Positions 1-8,676 of a stretch of 64,000 nucleotides of DNA are shown here, in pieces. Source of the stretch: an uncultured Candidatus Micrarchaeota archaeon (GTDB taxonomy: Archaea > Micrarchaeota > Micrarchaeia > Micrarchaeales > Micrarchaeaceae); assembly GCA_963804175.1 (NCBI GenBank), contig CAWDPD010000001.1:62817-126816 (forward strand), read 5' to 3'. A program made the position numbers and the translations under genes. The notes below the pieces were generated by a model. It made no database searches and had not been told where the DNA came from. It worked only from the letters and a program-made list of their open reading frames with translations. Within the stretch, counting starts at the first letter, position 1; every line of letters starts with the position of its first letter.

Positions 1-1535
1 TGCTCCCTTTCTACGGGTCTTAGGTCAAGCCACTCTATGACATTGCTGAACGTTAGCCTGAACTTTTCAGGATATATCTTTACTGATTCAAATCCCTTCC
101 TCACGGTATTCTTCCAGGCGGCATCGCCGTAATTTATGAACCACTGATCATCTACTATTTTTACTATTACCTTGTAGCCGCACCTGCAGTATACTGGCTC
201 ATCGTTGCTTATTATATAAATTGGGAATGCATCCTTCGATCCCTCCAATTTCTTTTTTATTAGTTCCCTTGCCTCCGGTTCTTTCATTCCCTTGTATTCA
301 TCTACGAGCATAATGCCCCAGTGAGATTCCTCTCTATAGAGCAGCTTGGTTGCAAATTCTATCATGTCATCTATGGCGTTCTCGTTAGTGTTGAGTATTT
401 CGAGATACGCAAGTGCGGGCACCTCTGGGTGTAATGCCGTTGCCTTTCCCGCGTTTACATCTGTGAGCGACCTTCCTATGCTAATGTTGTCCTTCTTCTC
501 AATCTCTATTATTTTGTTGTAGTGCATCTCTGGCATCGTATAGTTGTCCTTTTTCAGCCTTTGAATGGCCACATAGTCAAAAGGTGCATGTGCGGGTACG
601 CTCATTACAATTCCAGTCCCAACATCCGGCTTCACAAAAAAACCCGGCAGCACTGGTATCACTGATTTGTTTATGGGATTGGTCGCCTTCTTTGAAAGAA
701 GCTCCTTCGCGCTTATCGAGCTTTCCACAGTTACATTGAGCTGGTATTTCAGTGTGCTAGCAGCCTCTTTTGAAAGATAATATCTTTCATTCTCTATCCT
801 TGCTATCACGTACTCAGACTTTTCACCGATGAATATATTTGTAACGCCATAAATTGTTTCGGGTCTGTATGTCGTGCATGCAAAGTATATATCGCTGCTT
901 GCATCCCTGAACTTTATGGCTGTGACCTGCTCTACTTCTGGGTGAACATCATGCTTTGTATCATGCTGTCCGACCGCGTTGTTCTCGTTGGTGCACCATC
1001 CTATCGGATATTTGCCTTTAGTTAAGTATCCCTTTTCAATCAGCTTCTGAAATTGCCATTCTACGAGCTTGCTGAATAATGGATCTATAGAGACGAATTT
1101 TCTCCTCCAATCTATTCCGTAGCCTGCTCTTCGCATTCCTGATTCCATCTGTTTTATGAAGTAGTTTGCCATGTATTCTGGGTCAACCATTTTCTTTATC
1201 TCGCCGTCAGGGACGTGGAATATCTTATATTCCTCTATCAGCTCCTTGTCGTTGTTCCTTATCCTCTTCGCGAAGGCGACCAATGGAATTCCGCTTGCAT
1301 GGAAGCCCATGGGGTAAAGAACGTTAATGCCTCGCATTCTTTTGTATCTTGCATATGTGTCCGCTGTGCCGTAGGTCCTAAGATGGCCTATGTGCTGCGG
1401 CGCATTCACGTACGGGAATGCAGCAGTAACAAGCATAGATTCCTTGTCATTTGGTTCGACCTCGAATATCTTTGAGTTCTCCCATGCCTTCTGCCATTTC
1501 TGCTCTATATTATTATAGTCGATCAATTCCAGCAC
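1..1535 (-). CDS. leuS: Leucyl-tRNA synthetase, N-terminal ~511 codons (the rest lies beyond the window start)
   Basis: Hand translation of the minus strand is open from GTG at 1535 down to position 1. It reads (M)LELIDYNNIEQKWQKAWENSKIFEVEP...AAFPYVNAPQHIGHLRTY (class I HIGH motif)...PIGWCTNENNAVGQHD, an archaeal LeuRS-type N-terminus. It is absent from the ORF track because there is no stop inside the window. Confidence 0.85.
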   Translation of the reverse strand, partial: MLELIDYNNIEQKWQKAWENSKIFEVEPNDKESMLVTAAFPYVNAPQHIGHLRTYGTADTYARYKRMRGINVLYPMGFHASGIPLVAFAKRIRNNDKELIEEYKIFHVPDGEIKKMVDPEYMANYFIKQMESGMRRAGYGIDWRRKFVSIDPLFSKLVEWQFQKLIEKGYLTKGKYPIGWCTNENNAVGQHDTKHDVHPEVEQVTAIKFRDASSDIYFACTTYRPETIYGVTNIFIGEKSEYVIARIENERYYLSKEAASTLKYQLNVTVESSISAKELLSKKATNPINKSVIPVLPGFFVKPDVGTGIVMSVPAHAPFDYVAIQRLKKDNYTMPEMHYNKIIEIEKKDNISIGRSLTDVNAGKATALHPEVPALAYLEILNTNENAIDDMIEFATKLLYREESHWGIMLVDEYKGMKEPEARELIKKKLEGSKDAFPIYIISNDEPVYCRCGYKVIVKIVDDQWFINYGDAAWKNTVRKGFESVKIYPEKFRLTFSNVIEWLDLRPVERE

Positions 1536-1639
1536 CAAAAGGACAAAATGTACAATCTTCAAGCTAAATTATAGAATATAGATATCAAAAAAGAGTCTTT
1601 TAATAGTTTCTGTATCTATTAGTTATAAGGGTGGAATAT

Positions 1640-2257
1640 ATGAGCAATACCGAGGCAGACCACAAGGTAAAGGAAATGCCGGTTACTTATGACAAGGTAA
1701 AGAGCGTAATGGACGAGGAAACGTTCAAGTGGCACCATGACATGCACTATGCAGGATATGTAAACAAGAGGAACGAGATCGAGAAGGAATTTGGTACTGT
1801 GGACAGGTCAAAGGCAAACCAGAACTACAGCACATTCAGGGCGCTGAAGCTCGAGGAGACGTGGAACGGAAACGGGTCAATTCTCCACGAGGTATACTGG
1901 GATACAATGGGCGGAGACGGAAAGTACTCGGACAGCATGGGCATAATAAAAAAGATAAATGCAGACTTCGGCTCATTCCAGAACTGGAGAGATGACTTCA
2001 TAGCAACTGGCAAGGTAGGAAGGGGCTGGGTGGTGCTTGTGGCAGATACCCTGACGGACGGCAAGCTCAGGAACGTCCTTTTCGATGTCCATAACCAGGG
2101 CGGCCTTGTGGGATCAATGCCAATAATCTCCGCTGACACCTTCGAGCATGCATACTACCACAAATTCGGTCCGGACAGGGCTGCATACCTGAATGCGCTT
2201 GTAGACAACATAAACTGGACGAAAGCGGATGAGATATGCAAGAAATACAGGCTGTAG
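1640..2257 (+). CDS. sod: Fe/Mn superoxide dismutase
   Basis: The ORF 1631..2257 contains HHDMHYAGYVNKRN and DTFEHAYYHKF, the Fe/Mn-SOD metal-ligand motifs. ATG at 1640 is preferred over GTG at 1631. Confidence 0.9.
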   Translation: MSNTEADHKVKEMPVTYDKVKSVMDEETFKWHHDMHYAGYVNKRNEIEKEFGTVDRSKANQNYSTFRALKLEETWNGNGSILHEVYWDTMGGDGKYSDSMGIIKKINADFGSFQNWRDDFIATGKVGRGWVVLVADTLTDGKLRNVLFDVHNQGGLVGSMPIISADTFEHAYYHKFGPDRAAYLNALVDNINWTKADEICKKYRL

Positions 2258-2331
2258 CAATTAAGATGAATCCATTCTAACGAACAAGCAGATTATATTA
2301 TATAGCTTCCTTTTCTTTCTTATTTGATCTG

Positions 2332-3213
2332 ATGCAGCTGTATGCCCTAAGGATATTGAGCCTGATAGCAATAGCGCTAGTCTACATGCTGTATGACGTA
2401 TTCAACAGGAGGAATGTCCCTTCTGTTTTTGCATATGCCACCCTTGCATATGGCTTTCTTCTTACATTCCTTTATTTCAATACAAGAACAATAGCGTTGA
2501 GCACAGCCATATCGCTGCTGGTGCTCGGCGTAGGCTATATAGTCTACAGGATAGGCCAGCTCGGCGCGGCAGACGTCATTGAGCTCGCTGCCATTTCACT
2601 TATACTCCCATTCCAGCAGTTCCCGCTCCTTTTATCATCTGCAGGCCAGCTGCACCTGCCGTTCGCGCTGACCATTTTGGTAAACACCGGAATAGTCGCA
2701 ATAATCATTGTACCAATATACTACATACCAAAGGCAGCAAAAAAGCTGAAGAAGCCGCTGGCATCATTCATAACAACGAAGAACATATTCATGGCATCGC
2801 TTATTGCTGTAGCGTATGTTGCGTTCATGATCTCAATAACGGAGCTTGTGGGGATAAGCTATATCGGCATTGCTGTGCTTGGCGTGATGATGATAAGCTC
2901 CTCCCTTGTTATGCTGTTCTCCGTCCCAATAACGCATTCCATGGTGGAATATGTGGGCGTAAGCAGGTTTGATGAGGGTGACATAGTAGCGCTCAACCTC
3001 ATGGACAAAAGAAGCATAAGTACGATAAAGAAAAAAATAAAGGGCTTTGACAGGCTTTTAACAGGCAGCATGATAGAAAGTATGAAGAAAGCCAAGATAA
3101 AAGAAAAACTGCCGGTATACAAGAAAGCCGTGCCCTTCGCCCTGCCGATATTTATTGCATTGATCATATCATTGCTTGTCGGAAACCTCCTGCTTTTTGT
3201 GCTTGTGGTATAA
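2332..3213 (+). CDS. Polytopic membrane protein, probable A24-family prepilin/preflagellin peptidase (PibD/FlaK-like) with an extra soluble insert
   Basis: There are two Asp motifs with FlaK-like spacing: YMLYDVFNRRNVPS and GQLGAADVIELAAISL. The protein has multiple TM helices. A ~70-aa charged segment (DEGDIVALNLMDKRS...KIKEKLPVYKK) precedes the last TM. Confidence 0.55.
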   Translation: MQLYALRILSLIAIALVYMLYDVFNRRNVPSVFAYATLAYGFLLTFLYFNTRTIALSTAISLLVLGVGYIVYRIGQLGAADVIELAAISLILPFQQFPLLLSSAGQLHLPFALTILVNTGIVAIIIVPIYYIPKAAKKLKKPLASFITTKNIFMASLIAVAYVAFMISITELVGISYIGIAVLGVMMISSSLVMLFSVPITHSMVEYVGVSRFDEGDIVALNLMDKRSISTIKKKIKGFDRLLTGSMIESMKKAKIKEKLPVYKKAVPFALPIFIALIISLLVGNLLLFVLVV

Positions 3214-3317
3214 GCATTGTGTAAAAAGGTGCTGAAATGACAGCTTCTTATACGGCTTATATACAAAGATAAATTATTTAAAAGCTAGAACCAAAAGCTA
3301 TTAGGAGAAATGATTTC

Positions 3318-3827
3318 ATGGGCGCAACTACCAAAGTAATAATACGCAAGTATAGAAAAAATGACAGGAATAAATTAATTCATTTATTAGAGGAGTTTCA
3401 AGACTATATGGTGGCAGTAGATTCTTTAAAAAGGTTAACAAGAAGAGCAGGGTATGGAAATTATTATCTCAAACACCTGCTTGAAGTAATCTCGAAGAAC
3501 AAAGGAATTTTTTACCTTGCAGAAGTCCAAGGTGAAATTGTTGGGTTAGCGGTTGGACTGGTACTCAAACCAGGTAAGGAAGAGATATTTACAATGCAAA
3601 AACCATCAAGACGTGGATTCATAGAGGAACTTTATGTTGCTCCCCCTTATAGAGGCGCTAAGATTGGTGCAAAATTGATGAAGAAAATAGAATCGTATCT
3701 GATAGGAAAAGGATGCAATTCACTTTTTCTTACAGTACTTGCCACAAATACAAAAGCTTATAAGTTCTATAAGAAATTTGGATATTCAGATAGAGATATT
3801 GATATGCTAAAGGAAATTAATAGGTGA
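3318..3827 (+). CDS. GNAT-family N-acetyltransferase
   Basis: The acetyl-CoA binding core is EELYVAPPYRGAKIGAKLMKKIE...AYKFYKKFGY. The gene is visibly AT-richer than its neighbours. Confidence 0.8.
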   Translation: MGATTKVIIRKYRKNDRNKLIHLLEEFQDYMVAVDSLKRLTRRAGYGNYYLKHLLEVISKNKGIFYLAEVQGEIVGLAVGLVLKPGKEEIFTMQKPSRRGFIEELYVAPPYRGAKIGAKLMKKIESYLIGKGCNSLFLTVLATNTKAYKFYKKFGYSDRDIDMLKEINR

Positions 3828-3925
3828 GTTGATAAAAACACAAACGCGCTCACTGTCTTTTTACACAAAATATGTGGTATAGAAAGACTTTTTAAGCTTC
3901 ACTGCTTTTAATCATAGTTGATCCA

Positions 3926-4627
3926 ATGGACTATGTCAGGAGCCACATCAAAAGGTACTGGGGGCTGGTATACAGGCGTACGCTAGGCATTGTATTTATT
4001 ACCCTTGCCATAATGCTTTCCATAGGACTTACATTCAGCGTACTCAGGAGCACACTCGCAGTAAACAACTATCTCAATTACCTTGAGTTCTGGATATTCC
4101 TGGTTGTTCTTGCGGCTGCAATCATCTCATCAAGCTTCTTCCGCTCCCATATCCTATCGGTAAGGTTCATGAATGATGTGGAGCATAGCAGCCACTCGAA
4201 ATACATGGCGGCATGGATAATCTCGATGGTCATAGGCATAATAGTTTTCGCCTTGCCTCTACTCTTTGTTAGGATATCGCTTGAGCCGCTTGTTCTTCTG
4301 TTCTCGTTGGGAGGCGTCCTCATTGTGCTGTACACAACCGTACTGCTCATATTCAAGCATTCTTATGGCGAGCTGGCTATAGGAGGCGCGGCATTCTGGC
4401 TGACATTTATAGTTGGGCTCATCCAATTGAGCAGTCCAGGCCTTACCTACGTTGCAAGCTCCAACTTCGCTCTTTATTTTGCTGCAATGTCCATTTCCGT
4501 AATATCCGGGTTCACCGGCCTTGCGCTTATCATAAACTCGTCACGCGACGCCCTCGGTGAATTCATGCTGTCAAACGAGATGCGGGAAGGCAGGCCAAAA
4601 AGAACTAGAAGGAGAGCAAGAAGGTAG
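3926..4627 (+). CDS. Hypothetical multi-pass membrane protein with a poly-basic C-terminus
   Basis: This is a 233-aa ORF with about 6 hydrophobic segments and the tail RPKRTRRRARR. No family was recognised. Confidence 0.5.
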   Translation: MDYVRSHIKRYWGLVYRRTLGIVFITLAIMLSIGLTFSVLRSTLAVNNYLNYLEFWIFLVVLAAAIISSSFFRSHILSVRFMNDVEHSSHSKYMAAWIISMVIGIIVFALPLLFVRISLEPLVLLFSLGGVLIVLYTTVLLIFKHSYGELAIGGAAFWLTFIVGLIQLSSPGLTYVASSNFALYFAAMSISVISGFTGLALIINSSRDALGEFMLSNEMREGRPKRTRRRARR

Positions 4628-5404
4628 TCAGCTGAACTGCGCGGTAAGTATCTCATTTGAGTTCAGTATAAGTGTAGTGTTCTGCGAATGCACATTCACT
4701 ATGCCGGAGCCTGCTGAATTCAGCGACCATAATGTATTTGAATACATCAATCCTTGACCTGGCTGGGCGAATATTATATAATTCCCTGATATCAGATAGG
4801 CCGATGTGTTGTTGAAATAGGTAACTCCGTTGAGCACTATGTTTCCTGACGGCTTTATAACGAACGTTACATAATTTATGTTTATGCTCACAGGCGCAAC
4901 GCTTTGTACGGAATATCCTGATGAGATGTAATTGCCTGGCGAGCATTTGACCACGTTGCTTGTTGGGCATATCCTGTAGCTCAATACGAAATTCACTATG
5001 GCCTGCGTGCCTGGTCCGGGCTTGCTGGCTCCGTTTATTCTAGATCTGCACAATACGGTTGAACCCTGGGCTGCGAAGTCCGGGGTGCAGTTGCCCGTGT
5101 TGCTGTATGTGCTGCTTCCGCCGATGTTGCTGGTTGAGATGCTTATCGCGTTTGGCGGAAAATAGATTATCGAGCCTAGCTGGTTTGTGAATACAACATA
5201 GTATTGCAGGGGATTGATTGAATTGTAGGACAAGAGGCTCTCGGTGCACGGAAGCAGGGGCTGGATGCTGCATGACGATTGTAGGTAATCCTGCGGAGGT
5301 CTTGTATCTGATATTATGAGAACCAAAACAACAAACAGGGATATTACAAGAATGGCCCATGCGTATGTTATTATGAACTCCACGGCTGCCTGATCCTTCA
5401 ACAT
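4628..5404 (-). CDS. Archaeal type IV pilin-like protein (class III signal peptide)
   Basis: The N-terminus MLKDQAAVEFIITYAWAILVISLFVV matches the archaeal prepilin pattern K-[GD]-Q-x-A-x-E-[FY]-hydrophobic helix. The remainder is a Ser/Thr/Asn-rich extracellular domain. The start is taken at the second Met (5404). Confidence 0.55.
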   Translation of the reverse strand: MLKDQAAVEFIITYAWAILVISLFVVLVLIISDTRPPQDYLQSSCSIQPLLPCTESLLSYNSINPLQYYVVFTNQLGSIIYFPPNAISISTSNIGGSSTYSNTGNCTPDFAAQGSTVLCRSRINGASKPGPGTQAIVNFVLSYRICPTSNVVKCSPGNYISSGYSVQSVAPVSININYVTFVIKPSGNIVLNGVTYFNNTSAYLISGNYIIFAQPGQGLMYSNTLWSLNSAGSGIVNVHSQNTTLILNSNEILTAQFS

Positions 5405-5459
5405 TATATCAATACCAATTAGCAGCATATTTATTTATTAACTGCATATATTGGATTGC

Positions 5460-6332
5460 ATGAACAGGATAGGCGCGATAATAAGGCTTACAAGGATAGA
5501 GCACAGCATAATGCTTGTCATCGCAGTAATAGCGGCGGAGCTCATTTCCGGGTACATACCATCGATAATCGTGCTTGCGCTCAGCATCATAACCCCTATA
5601 TTCGTAAGCATGGGGTCCTTTGCCATAAACGACTATTTTGACGTGGAGTCAGACAGAGCCAACAAAAGGATGGACAGGCCCATAGTAAACGGCTCGATAA
5701 AAAGGAATGAGGCATTCAATATAGCAATCATCTGCTTCGTAATAGGCGTTGCAGCAAGCGCACTCATAAACGTCGCGGCGTTTATCATCGCGTTTGCCTT
5801 TGCAATCCTCGCATATCTTTACAGCTACAGGCTCAAGGACACTCTCCTGGTTGGAAACGCATACATAGCATTTTCCATGGTAATACCGTTCATATACGGG
5901 GCATACGTTGTCTCCAATTCTATTGGAATAAATATAGTCCTTATCGGCATAGTGATATTCCTTGCAGGCCTGGCGCGAGAGATACACGGAATGATACGCG
6001 ACTATTCCGGCGACATGAAGACAAGGAAAACAAAGAACCTTGTCTATCACATAGGCGCAGGCAGGTCGGCACAGCTCGCTTTCATCCTTTACATAGAGGC
6101 AATAATTGTAAGCATCTACATGTTCTTCTTCGCTCCGCCCTTCGCGTTTAACATTTTGTACATAATTCCTATAGCAGTTACGGACATCGTAATAGCATAC
6201 ATTGCAGTCGGCTTCCTTACGGGGAAAAAGTCAAAGGGATTCTATAAGTTCTCAAGGAACGCAAGCCTTGCTGTAATGGGCATTGCGCTACTGGCATTCC
6301 TTTTATCTGCATTGCTCTTTGTTATGGTATAG
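5460..6332 (+). CDS. UbiA-family prenyltransferase, probably digeranylgeranylglyceryl phosphate (DGGGP) synthase
   Basis: The protein has the NDYFDVESDRANKRMDRP Asp-rich motif, about 8 TM helices, and an RLTRIEHS N-terminus typical of archaeal DGGGPS. Confidence 0.75.
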   Translation: MNRIGAIIRLTRIEHSIMLVIAVIAAELISGYIPSIIVLALSIITPIFVSMGSFAINDYFDVESDRANKRMDRPIVNGSIKRNEAFNIAIICFVIGVAASALINVAAFIIAFAFAILAYLYSYRLKDTLLVGNAYIAFSMVIPFIYGAYVVSNSIGINIVLIGIVIFLAGLAREIHGMIRDYSGDMKTRKTKNLVYHIGAGRSAQLAFILYIEAIIVSIYMFFFAPPFAFNILYIIPIAVTDIVIAYIAVGFLTGKKSKGFYKFSRNASLAVMGIALLAFLLSALLFVMV

Positions 6333-6353
6333 CACAGCTTTGGAAAAGGAAGA

Positions 6354-6973
6354 CTAGAAGATCGCGTGCTTTATCTGCTGCTTTGTGTCTATCTTGGCCT
6401 CGAAGTCGCTTATCGAGTGCTTGAACTCCTCGTTGCTCTTTATGGTGCCCCTTGCCTTCAGGACCTCCCTTGCGAGCAGGTAGTAGACGAACGCGAGCGA
6501 CCTCCTTCCCCTGTTGTTTACCGGTATTACAAGGTCTATGAACTTTGTGGAGTTGTCGGTGTCGCTGAGCGCGACTATCGGCATGTTTACCTTGCTTGCC
6601 TCCTTTATCGCCTGCTTCTCGTTCCTCGAGTCGCTTATGATTATGAGCTTTGGCTCCATGAAGTCGCTCCTGTTCGGGTTGGTGAATATTCCAGGGGTTA
6701 CCCTTCCCTTTATGAACTTCGCCTCTATTATCTCTGCGAACTTCTGTGCTGGCACTATCGCGTATATTCTTGATGCGGTTACCACTATGTCCTTCGGCTC
6801 GTACCTTCGCTATCATGTTTGCCGCTACCCTGATCCTGTGTGTCGATGGTCTTGAGGTCAAGCAGATAAAGCCCGTCCTCCCTGACCTTGTAGATGAATT
6901 TCTTCATTCCAGGGCTCTTCGTCTTCGTGGCTATGTGTATTCCTGCCTCTAGGTAATCGTTCTGGTTTGCCAA
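6354..6973 (-). CDS. rps2: 30S ribosomal protein S2 (uS2), reading frame interrupted twice (apparent +1 shifts near 6838-6842 and 6790-6797)
   Basis: Three track ORFs in three frames carry consecutive conserved S2 segments. 6785..6973 gives ANQNDYLEAGIHIATKTKSPGMKKFIYKVREDGLYLLDLKTID. 6322..6861 gives RIRVAANMIAKVRAE. 6354..6785 gives (D)IVVTASRIYAIVPAQKFAEII...VIPVNNRGRRSLAFVYYLLAREV. Confidence 0.8.
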
Positions 6974-7002
6974 TAATTCTTCTCGCTCATATTAAACACC
7001 TT

Positions 7003-7098
7003 TGGGGCCGCCGAGATTTTCGAATCCCGAAGCCTTTTTGGACTTCTCGGGTCTCCAGCACCCCATGCTGGAAGCCTACCAGGCTAGCCTACGGCCCC
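7003..7098 (-). tRNA. tRNA-Pro (anticodon GGG) carrying a ~21-nt insertion in the T-arm region (candidate non-canonical intron)
   Basis: The minus strand reads GGGGCCG-TA-GGCTAGCCTGGTAGGCT-T-CCAGC-ATGGGGT-GCTGG-AGAC-CCGAG-[AAGTCCAAAAAGGCTTCGGGA]-TTCGAAAAT-CTCGG-CGGCCCC-A. There is a perfect 7-bp acceptor and a 5-bp anticodon stem, with G at position 37. The total of 96 nt compares with about 75 expected. Confidence 0.6.
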
Positions 7099-7099
7099 A

Positions 7100-7319
7100 T
7101 CAATTCATAATTAACATCATTTCCTCCCGAACTGCATGAATCTCGTCTATAAGCTCGACATTGCTTATGAACATCCTTCTGCAGCAGTATCTCTTTACCT
7201 CCAAGCTCGTCGAGCACCTTGTCTGCGTCCTCGTGGTCCTTGTTGACTCTCTTGTCGTACTCCTCCCACTTGTCAGCGACGACTGCGCCGCAACTGAAAC
7301 ATCTTACCGGCATCATCAT
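7100..7319 (-). CDS. rpoN: DNA-directed RNA polymerase subunit N (Rpo10), reading frame interrupted once (apparent +1 shift near 7195-7210)
   Basis: The 0 frame gives MMMPVRCFSCGAVVADKWEEYDKRVNKDHEDADKVLDELG. The hallmark continuation VKRYCCRRMFISNVELIDEIHAVREEMMLIMN* exists only in the +1 frame (hand translation). The 0 frame instead runs into non-conserved sequence. Confidence 0.8.
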
Positions 7320-7323
7320 AGTA

Positions 7324-7851
7324 TCATCTATAGGATTTCTGGAACCTTGCCCTTGCCTTTGGTCCCTTGAACTTCTTCGGCTCGACCCTTCTCGCGTCGT
7401 CGACAACCATGAACCTGTCATAGTTCAGGTACTCCTTCTTTATGGCGTCGCTGCCGGAGAACGCGACTATGCTCTTTGCTATCGCGCTCCTGACCGCCTG
7501 TGCCTGTGCGCTGCTGCCCCCGCCGTACACGTTTACCTTTATGTCCATCTGCCTTGCCTGATCGTTGTGTTGCATTTGATACGATCAGCGGCTCCAGCAT
7601 TAGCCTTCTGTAGTTCAAGCGGCTCGAATATGTTTATGTCAAATCCGTTCAGCCTTATCTTTCCTGTGCCCTTCTTTGAGGATGCCCTTGCAACTGCGCT
7701 CTTCCTCTTGCTCTTTACGAATTCAGCATCTTTTCCGGCTTCTTCTGCGCCTTTCTCTTTGGCGCTGCGCGTCTTCTTTGTGCTGCTCCTGCCTTGCAGC
7801 CTCGACGTTCACTGCTTTTTGCAATCGCTCAGCCGTTTGTCTTTTCGCCAT
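7324..7851 (-). CDS. rps9: 30S ribosomal protein S9 (uS9), reading frame interrupted three times (apparent +1 shifts)
   Basis: ATG at 7851 lies 7 nt after the L13 stop. The frames in succession read as follows. First, MAKRQTAERLQKAVNVE... ends in TGA at about 7723. Second, ...AGKDAEFVKSKRKSAVARASSKKGTGKIRLNGFDINIFEP. Third, LNYRRLMLEPLIVSNATQRSG (track ORF 7418..7618). Fourth, QMDIKVNVYGGGSSAQAQAVRSAIAKSIV...ARARFQKSYR (track ORF 7324..7575). Confidence 0.75.
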
Positions 7852-7857
7852 TTATAT

Positions 7858-8316
7858 TCACTTTGCCCTTTCGTAGCCCAGGAGCTCTGAAAGCTCATCA
7901 ATATAGACGTAACCGACATACATGCTCTTCGGGGCCTTTGTCTTTACCTCTATTGTTTTATGTCCATTTAGCTCTTTTGGGGATCCAACAAAGACCCGAA
8001 GCCTCTTGAATGCTGCCTTTCCTGAGGGCTTCTTGTGGTATGGCAGCATTCCCCTTATTATTCTCCTTACAAGCATGTCAGGCCTCCTCGGCCAGTGCGG
8101 CGAGTGCTCGGGGTTCTCCTTTTCCTGAAGGCCCAGCCTTACCTTGTATCTCTTTGCTATCATCTCCTTGTTGCCGCTTATGAATGCCTTCTCAGCATTT
8201 ATCACTGCTACCTGCTTACCGTTGAGAAGCTCCTTTGCGACCGTGCTTGCCAGCCTTCCGAGCACCTTGTCCTTAGCGTCATAAACTATGTAATCCTTGT
8301 AGGAGCTCTCTGCCAT
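7858..8316 (-). CDS. rpl13: 50S ribosomal protein L13 (uL13)
   Basis: The sequence reads IVYDAKDKVLGRLASTVAKELLNGKQVAVINAEKAFISG...MLPYHKKPSGKAAFKRLRVFVG, and the 152-aa ORF is intact. Confidence 0.9.
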   Translation of the reverse strand: MAESSYKDYIVYDAKDKVLGRLASTVAKELLNGKQVAVINAEKAFISGNKEMIAKRYKVRLGLQEKENPEHSPHWPRRPDMLVRRIIRGMLPYHKKPSGKAAFKRLRVFVGSPKELNGHKTIEVKTKAPKSMYVGYVYIDELSELLGYERAK

Positions 8317-8325
8317 TTATATCAC

Positions 8326-8676
8326 CTATATTATCACATGTACCTTCTCCGCATTCAGCATCTCCTTTAATTCAACCACATTGCAGTTTGCGTCCTTGAG
8401 CATCTTCAGCGCAGGTCCGGAAAACTCAATTGCTGATATGTTGACCCTGTGGCCTATCCTGCCGTTAGAGAGCACCTTTCCCGGAACAACAACGTTGTCG
8501 CCCTCCCTTGTGTTGCTGTTTATCTTGGACAGGTTGACTACGGCTCTTCTCCTTGCAGGGACCTCCACAAGCGAATAAACCCTTTTCCAGAGCTTCTGGT
8601 AGCGCTTGCCCTTTGATGCTCCGCTAAGGGCGCTGAGCCATTCCTTTACGCTTGATTTTTCAGCATTTATCTTCAT
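8326..8676 (-). CDS. rpl18e: 50S ribosomal protein L18e
   Basis: This is a 116-aa ORF with RRRAVVNLSKIN...VVVPGKVLSNGRIGHRVNISAIEFSGPA, in the conserved position upstream of L13. Confidence 0.85.
   Translation of the reverse strand: MKINAEKSSVKEWLSALSGASKGKRYQKLWKRVYSLVEVPARRRAVVNLSKINSNTREGDNVVVPGKVLSNGRIGHRVNISAIEFSGPALKMLKDANCNVVELKEMLNAEKVHVII

Noticed and set aside
1215-1475. An 86-aa plus-strand ORF lies inside the leuS region.
   Set aside because: It is antisense to a continuous, clearly conserved LeuRS reading frame.
7219-7890. A 223-aa plus-strand ORF spans the region where the S9 and rpoN frames are broken. It is tempting to read it as the real gene there.
   Set aside because: All three minus-strand frames carry consecutive, clearly conserved S9 and RpoN motifs (KRKSAVARA, MLEPLIV, VYGGG, RYCCRRM). 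The plus-strand product is Leu/Ser/Cys-rich with no recognisable features.
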